Positions 52,701-56,979 of a DNA stretch of 56,979 nt are shown here, one piece after another. The number at the start of each line of letters is the position of its first letter. Position 1 is the first letter of the stretch. A model generated the notes under the pieces. The model worked only from the letters and a program-made list of their open reading frames with translations. It searched no databases and was not told the origin of the DNA. The position numbers were made by a program, and so were the translations under genes. The stretch is from Candidatus Poseidoniaceae archaeon (GTDB taxonomy: Archaea; Thermoplasmatota; Poseidoniia; Poseidoniales; Poseidoniaceae): contig DAIUCF010000004.1 of NCBI GenBank assembly GCA_036846305.1, positions 1 through 56,979 on the forward strand, given 5' to 3'.

Positions 52701-54901
52701 GTATTCCAAAATTGACTCGGCGTAAGGACAGGGCCGTCAGTGTGCATATTCATGTTGAGGAGTTCAACGCTTGAAGAGAAATTGAGACCTTCAATAGCAA
52801 CATGAAGTCCACCAGCGGTATCAGAGGTCAACGGTAGAGGGATGCTGTGAACTCCACCAACTGAAGAGAGTCCATTCCGGATACCGTTTAATCCCAGAAC
52901 AAATGGAGAATCCGAAGTTGCCATGAGCGTTGATTGTGCTTCATAGGGGACCCCAAGTCCCGCAAGAGTAACCAGGCCGGTTCCAAACACCTCGATTTCA
53001 ACTTCGGTAAAGTATGTGCCTAAACCACTCACGAGAGATGTGGTACTCGACACGGACGCATTCAAGTCTGCAAGCTGAGTTTGATTGAGGGTGAAATGTG
53101 ATGAACCACCTTCAACATACCAATTAGCAATAGTTTGACCGTCATGGTTCAGATTGACTGACGAAAGATTTCCACTCGAAGACAGTGCGCTAAAACCAAA
53201 GCTGGTGGGTTCAGTAGCTGGAATCCATGCCTTTGCCGATGAACTACCCGATATTCCGGGATTCGCAGAAATATACGTTAGGCCGTTCTCAAATCGGTCT
53301 TGCCATCCCCATGAACCTACTCGGGCATCGCTACCGCCCCATTCGAAAACTCCATCTTTGTAAAAATCAATTGCCGGTGCAGCCGGTAGAATGCCGCCAT
53401 ACACACCCATGGTAACATCAAACACTTCCCAAGAGTCTGAACTGTTGTTCGAAGCTGAAGTGAATCGAAGTTGGTGCGACCCAGCAGTGCCTTCGTCACC
53501 GAGCAGACTCAATGAATAAGGAAGGCTGATGTTGTTCCAAGACAGACTTTCCGAAGTTCGGATTTGAGCCTGAGCCATAACCGTAGTTGCATCAACATAC
53601 ACTTCGGCTAATGCAGCAGTGGATGAATACCATGGTGATTCTAGCGTATCATTCCAAACTCCGAGTACCGATTTGTTGAACGTAGAATGAGTTGCTCCAC
53701 CACTCATTGTCCAACCACGGTCATATGGTTCCTCCGAAAAAGACGAATAATAACTTCCGTCGCCGCTAATAGAGTACACTTGCGGCATTTCTCCATTTGC
53801 AGATGGCTCAAAATAAAGATGAAGTTTGACTGATGTGACCGATTTCCAATCCACCCCATTCAGCGGAATCAAACCCATGTCTGTACCCGTCATTCCGGGA
53901 ATCGGGTTTCCGGTTGATGTATCAATAACTGTCCAGCTGAGATTAGCCCCCTCAGGTATGCTTGCATCGAGATAGAGTGGAGCCCACGGCCCGCTCTCAA
54001 CAACTTGGAATGAACTCGAAGAAAAGCCGATTGAAGGGCTAGTCCATTCTGCAGATGGAGGGGTTGCGTAGTGCACATCATCTACAAACCAAAAGTCACA
54101 ACAGGTGCTTGAACCTGAAGTTTGATGAATTCGGATTTGAGAATTCGTGTGCAATGCAGCTGGTGGGAGCATGGTCATGTACTGGAAGTTCGTCTGTGGA
54201 GTCCCACTAAAACCTGCAGCAGTGAACGTTTTAAAGGTCGTCCAAGTATTGCTTGAGGTTCGATACTGAAATTGCAAGTTCTCTCCGCTATCAGGAGTTT
54301 CCCCGCACCCTGAGCGCCCCTCGTGCACCCAAGCGTGGAAGGGCATGGCTGAGACGCCAGAAAAGTCAGTAATCGGTGAAGTAGCATATGTGGAGCCGGC
54401 GTGGGTTCGAATCGAACCTCCTGAACTGCCATTGTATCCACAAGCAGGAGTAGTTACACGCCCCGAGTACGAATTTGAGAAGGTCCAACCTGCGGCATTC
54501 GAGTTGAAATCCCACAGGGTACCCGCTCCGTTGCCAGTAAGAACATTGTTTTCGACAAACGTTCCGTTGAGAACTGATGAACTATGACTCCAAATCGAGG
54601 CATCCGTCCATTCAAACCCGTGTTGAGTTTGGTCAACTGATGGTTTCATTGAGAGATGAATGTCGGTAACGGGTGATTCACTAGGTACATCTACAGTGAA
54701 CGCTTCATCATACACGCTATTTCCGCTCAACTGGACAACTGCATCATCTCCAGCTCCGGCATACAGGGGGGTTGTCGCTGGCTCAAGGAAGGAAGAATCC
54801 TCGTTGAAATCATTTGAAATCATGAAGGTACCCAAAGGGCCACCAACCAGCATCAGTAAGGAAAGGAACAATGCACTGCGACGCGCCGTTGAGCCTGTCA
54901 T
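49760..54901 (-). CDS. Giant (1,713 aa) surface protein: signal peptide, MAM/lectin-like N-terminal domain, long beta-rich ectodomain, single C-terminal TM, acidic cytoplasmic tail
   Basis: Signal MTGSTARRSALFLSLLMLVGGPLGTFM. The segment around aa 100-285 (...AGWTFSNSYSG...CGYNGSSGGSIRTHAGSTYATSPITDF...FHAWVHEGRSGCG...LQFQYRTSSNTWTTFKTF...QIRIHQTSGSSTCCDFWFVDDVH) resembles a MAM/concanavalin-like domain. TM helix LLGSFAALLFLSIVLTGLIWA. The tail is rich in E/D/Y and ends ...DWVKGSDGYWWYHDKATNEWWYKNADGEIVRL*. GGAGG lies 5 nt upstream of the ATG. Confidence 0.8.
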   Translation of the reverse strand: MTGSTARRSALFLSLLMLVGGPLGTFMISNDFNEDSSFLEPATTPLYAGAGDDAVVQLSGNSVYDEAFTVDVPSESPVTDIHLSMKPSVDQTQHGFEWTDASIWSHSSSVLNGTFVENNVLTGNGAGTLWDFNSNAAGWTFSNSYSGRVTTPACGYNGSSGGSIRTHAGSTYATSPITDFSGVSAMPFHAWVHEGRSGCGETPDSGENLQFQYRTSSNTWTTFKTFTAAGFSGTPQTNFQYMTMLPPAALHTNSQIRIHQTSGSSTCCDFWFVDDVHYATPPSAEWTSPSIGFSSSSFQVVESGPWAPLYLDASIPEGANLSWTVIDTSTGNPIPGMTGTDMGLIPLNGVDWKSVTSVKLHLYFEPSANGEMPQVYSISGDGSYYSSFSEEPYDRGWTMSGGATHSTFNKSVLGVWNDTLESPWYSSTAALAEVYVDATTVMAQAQIRTSESLSWNNISLPYSLSLLGDEGTAGSHQLRFTSASNNSSDSWEVFDVTMGVYGGILPAAPAIDFYKDGVFEWGGSDARVGSWGWQDRFENGLTYISANPGISGSSSAKAWIPATEPTSFGFSALSSSGNLSSVNLNHDGQTIANWYVEGGSSHFTLNQTQLADLNASVSSTTSLVSGLGTYFTEVEIEVFGTGLVTLAGLGVPYEAQSTLMATSDSPFVLGLNGIRNGLSSVGGVHSIPLPLTSDTAGGLHVAIEGLNFSSSVELLNMNMHTDGPVLTPSQFWNTLETTFKVSSSSATSVRLDIVGGNHSASWTLPLNGGTPFGTGDSSIVELHPQNPVTSFTDGNEITVNVTFRLEPSWDDSPILHASSRLLLANGILSIPATHTWGVTGIQGYENDLEIKNVMFSDSFNQELSPSHYYIKAGSTIQISVQIGYEGINTHAAFADGDAVVEFFRGETLVSNTTVLEGNMWNFTDNVPFSFGTAVWHFEVKSLSGSGTTQDAIYTRTFHIDSITPQVLEVNMDRFDHRIPSTTQTVQIQITDQPVLPQNINAMVWKEWADDTNMNQLPDADEYNEMSLFLPSNLSTLIGQYTFMIDDTGGSLGHKVAAYLVGSDNAGHPLDFGGGNGSDEHLFMYQLATDGAPTVASNAFSHVGGKKPWLHPDMPYEFNVNIVEPNGGSDLSTVIVELASNQGSDPLPIRWDFTTGNCTTTSPHVIIVDCEMLGTNGPASPYESDMTLNVKMRLAWTTPDLGETRREPGIRVSDRAGQEVFLAFPEHRWRFSAAMEVPEESVNLILSQGTLLGDGARLAPSSPFEVSGWIVFSETGQIPDFDCNVDILFDGTITSASSLNGIWSVALQAPSTTTTIPMTWSVGCLQGQGVDSTDQINSVRWIIVDGTGPEPVEVSNPRPSSVLEAESHEVRILLSEDGGLDVESLELVWWVEEKETGDRIRDGIEPLTLLGPDISGLRLEVFGSFNLSEITKEMLENRLTVHIYVSGRDLADNEVLGLGGTPAGTPVGVWDMVWLKPEFELQSGSVSYSRFLVEVGQTSIVTAYVENTGTLDGSVEVIFLEVLADGNRSTLRRVTVQIPQGGGVPVTTDWNPTQTGLQWVEVQIADGITSIGPSIDVRPQREESLTERVFGDVHPLLGSFAALLFLSIVLTGLIWARKMTLNKGAKSEYDWDEYSSEFEDDEYEDEDEYEDENVVSGVGTSSAAAAAVASAQSTPSSTTQETDWVKGSDGYWWYHDKATNEWWYKNADGEIVRL

Positions 54902-55052
54902 GTTCCTCCGTGTCGGTTAAAGGACTTCAAACATGCGTTGTCAGCCTCTGCGCCCTCGAACCAAAATCATACACAATGAACTGCAGCAAACTTCGACAAG
55001 TACGGGTTTTGCCAAGGGTGAGGTTCAAGTCAAAACCTCTTCTCGCACGGCT

Positions 55053-56979
55053 ATGGCACGACCACAATCCGCGGGCGAACTCGATGCAGTAGCACTCGAG
55101 ACCTCATTGCTGGATGCTTGGAAAAAAGAAAATGCTTTCCAAGGCTCAATTGATTCAAATCGAAACGGCGCTCCATTCATTTTCTTGGAAGGTCCACCTA
55201 CAGCAAACGGCAAACCGGGTATCCATCATGTCGTTGCACGTGCTTACAAAGATCTGGTCTGCCGATGGAAGACAATGGAGGGATTCCGAGTCGAACGGAA
55301 AGGTGGATGGGATACTCACGGCCTGCCCGTTGAAATTGAAGTTCAGAAAAGAATGGATTTGATGTCGAATGAAGCGATTGAGGCTTATGGGATGGACAAC
55401 TTCAATCAAGCTTGTCGTGACTCCGTTTGGACCTATGAATCGGCATGGAGAGAAATGACCGAGCGTATGGCTTACTGGGTCGATTTAGATAATCCCTATG
55501 TGACGCTGGACAACAATTATGTCGAATCATGCTGGTGGGCAATGAAGCAAATGTTCGACAAAGGACTCCTATATCGTGGTCATAAAGTTCTCCCGTATTG
55601 TCCTCAAACCGGAACGTCTTATTCCAGTCATGAAGTGGCCTTGGGCTACAAAGAAGTAGAGGAACCATCGGTCTATGTTAAGTTCAAACTAATTGACCAA
55701 GATGCGAGTATTCTTGCTTGGACAACGACTCCTTGGACGTTGCCAGGGAATGTTGGACTTGCGGTTGGCCCTGAAGTGGTCTATGTGCGCGTTAAAGTCA
55801 CTGAGCAGGCTGAAAACTGGATTGGAGCAGGCGGTGCGTCTGTTGGTGAAGAGGTTATTTTGGCGAAAGATTTGATGAAGGAAGTTCTTCGACACAACGT
55901 TGAAATTATCGAAGAATTCCCCGGCTCAGACCTGGTCGGTCGAGCCTATGAACCGCTATTCCCAGATGCTGTCCCACGTGAAGATTCGTCAACTGCTTGG
56001 ACCGTACTTGAAGCAGATTGGGTCACAACAACCGACGGAACCGGCGTAGTCCACACCGCGGTAATGTACGGTGAGGACGACTACAATTTGGGTATGGCGG
56101 CTGGTCTTCCGGCTTACCATACCGTTGACATGGATGGTGCTTTCATTGTGGGAACCCATGCTCAACTTGACGGCAGATACGTCAAAGAATGTGACCAAAC
56201 AATCATTGAGTTGCTTTCTGCATCAGGTGGCAGCAACGGAAAAGGTCCTGAAAGTGGTCTTCTGTATCGCGAAAAATCCTACCTCCACGATTATCCACAT
56301 TGCTGGAGAACCGACCACCCCCTTCTCTACTACGCCATGGATTCATGGTTTGTTCGGATGACTGCGGTCAAAGAACGCCTCTTAGAATTTAACGACGGAG
56401 TCGAATGGGCACCTGACTGGGTTGGTGAAGGTCGATTCGGCGAGTGGTTGCGCAATGTGAAAGACTGGGCGATTTCTCGTGAACGTTATTGGGGAACTCC
56501 TCTTCCAGTTTGGAGAGACGATGAAGGAAACATGAAATGTATCGGCTCGATTGCAGAACTTCAAAGCGAAGTCGCTCGAGCAGTTGCTGCCGGCATTGAC
56601 AATCCGGACTGTCCTGACGACGTCGACCTCCACCGACCTGTTGTTGACGGGTACACATTGGTTTCAGAAAACGGAAAACCAATGCACAGGGAGCCCTTTG
56701 TCATGGATTGCTGGTTCGATTCTGGTTGCGCACCATTCGCTCAGTGGCATCATCCGTTTGACGGAGGAGAAACCTTCGATGCTTCTTTCCCTGTTGATTA
56801 CATCTGTGAAGGCGTTGACCAAACTCGTGGATGGTTCTACACTTTACTTGCCGTTTCAACGACTGTGTTTGATAAACCGGCGTACAAGCGCTGTTTGAGT
56901 TTAGGTTTGATTTTAGATGCTGAAGGCAAGAAAATGTCGAAATCTAGAGGCAATATTGTCGACCCTTGGGACCATTTTA
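55053..56979 (+). CDS. ileS: Isoleucyl-tRNA synthetase, N-terminal about 640 aa (continues beyond the right window edge)
   Basis: Not in the ORF track (no stop in the window). My translation from ATG 55053 reads MARPQSAGELDAVALETSLLDAWKKENAFQGS...FIFLEGPPTANGKPGIHHVVARAYKDLVCRWKTMEGFRVERKGGWDTHGLPVEIEV..., which carries the HIGH-type motif. It continues ...WTTTPWTLPGNVGLAV... (editing domain), ...CWRTDHPLLYYAMDSWF..., ...KDWAISRERYWGTPLPVW..., ...EGVDQTRGWFYTL..., and ends in GKKMSKSRGN (KMSKS). An in-frame stop lies at 54918-54920; an earlier in-frame ATG at 54933 is less likely. Confidence 0.9.
   Translation, partial: MARPQSAGELDAVALETSLLDAWKKENAFQGSIDSNRNGAPFIFLEGPPTANGKPGIHHVVARAYKDLVCRWKTMEGFRVERKGGWDTHGLPVEIEVQKRMDLMSNEAIEAYGMDNFNQACRDSVWTYESAWREMTERMAYWVDLDNPYVTLDNNYVESCWWAMKQMFDKGLLYRGHKVLPYCPQTGTSYSSHEVALGYKEVEEPSVYVKFKLIDQDASILAWTTTPWTLPGNVGLAVGPEVVYVRVKVTEQAENWIGAGGASVGEEVILAKDLMKEVLRHNVEIIEEFPGSDLVGRAYEPLFPDAVPREDSSTAWTVLEADWVTTTDGTGVVHTAVMYGEDDYNLGMAAGLPAYHTVDMDGAFIVGTHAQLDGRYVKECDQTIIELLSASGGSNGKGPESGLLYREKSYLHDYPHCWRTDHPLLYYAMDSWFVRMTAVKERLLEFNDGVEWAPDWVGEGRFGEWLRNVKDWAISRERYWGTPLPVWRDDEGNMKCIGSIAELQSEVARAVAAGIDNPDCPDDVDLHRPVVDGYTLVSENGKPMHREPFVMDCWFDSGCAPFAQWHHPFDGGETFDASFPVDYICEGVDQTRGWFYTLLAVSTTVFDKPAYKRCLSLGLILDAEGKKMSKSRGNIVDPWDHF

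Noticed and set aside
54902-55052. Divergent intergenic region between the third giant gene and ileS, examined for BRE/TATA elements or a structured RNA
   Set aside because: No convincing TATA-like box at the expected distance and no extended pairing could be identified by eye. The 73-aa track ORF 54871..55092 is in another frame and overlaps both gene starts, so it is treated as spurious.

Overview
This 56,979-bp chromosomal segment reads as a planktonic euryarchaeon. My inference is Marine Group II / Poseidoniales-like. That rests on a complete archaellum operon, an archaeal-type tRNA-Glu, Nob1, a SAMP/MoaD-like protein, an HTH_10 regulator and giant acidic Ca-binding-repeat surface proteins. 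No homology search was run, so every call comes from reading motifs in the supplied translations and my own translations.

The window holds about 45 protein genes and one tRNA. I found no rRNA, no CRISPR array, and no transposase or integrase.

Layout:
- 1-9.3 kb: transport and housekeeping. MacB-type ABC pair (permease truncated by the window edge and absent from the ORF track), MoaD/SAMP, TatA, Nob1, DedA, tRNA-Glu(UUC), MscS, HTH_10 regulator, LysE, and an FMN-reductase/pirin pair.
- 9.3-16.5 kb: a single 7.2-kb gene for a roughly 2,400-aa thrombospondin-type-3-repeat protein.
- 16.5-25.3 kb: glutaredoxin, a lipoprotein and esterase pair, membrane pyrophosphatase, NifU-like protein, and a PolX - two small ORFs - endonuclease III string.
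- 25.3-40.0 kb, all minus strand: archaellum locus in canonical order arlB1-arlB2-(unknown)-F/G-like-F/G-like-arlH-arlI-arlJ. It is preceded by an uncharacterised three-gene module that includes a 1,696-aa multi-TM beta-sandwich-repeat giant.
- 40.1-49.7 kb: peroxiredoxin, sugar-modification-type genes, a fused aconitase-X protein, a collagen-like/ELWxxDG-repeat protein, trhO and nadE.
- 49.8-54.9 kb: a third giant (1,713 aa) surface protein.
- 55.05 kb to the end: ileS, truncated by the right edge and absent from the ORF track.

Candidates for something undescribed:
- The three-gene module translationally coupled onto the 5' side of the archaellum operon, together with the unrecognisable protein sitting in the ArlC/D/E slot.
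- A lipoprotein ORF and an alpha/beta-hydrolase ORF in the same frame, separated only by one TGA, with the hydrolase's conserved first core strand encoded between the TGA and the first ATG.
- The cytoplasmic aromatic tail motif on the third giant protein.
- Stacked copies of the tRNA-Glu 3' end downstream of the tRNA gene.

The ORF track takes the longest ATG/GTG/TTG ORF, so several starts were moved downstream where the sequence supports it.
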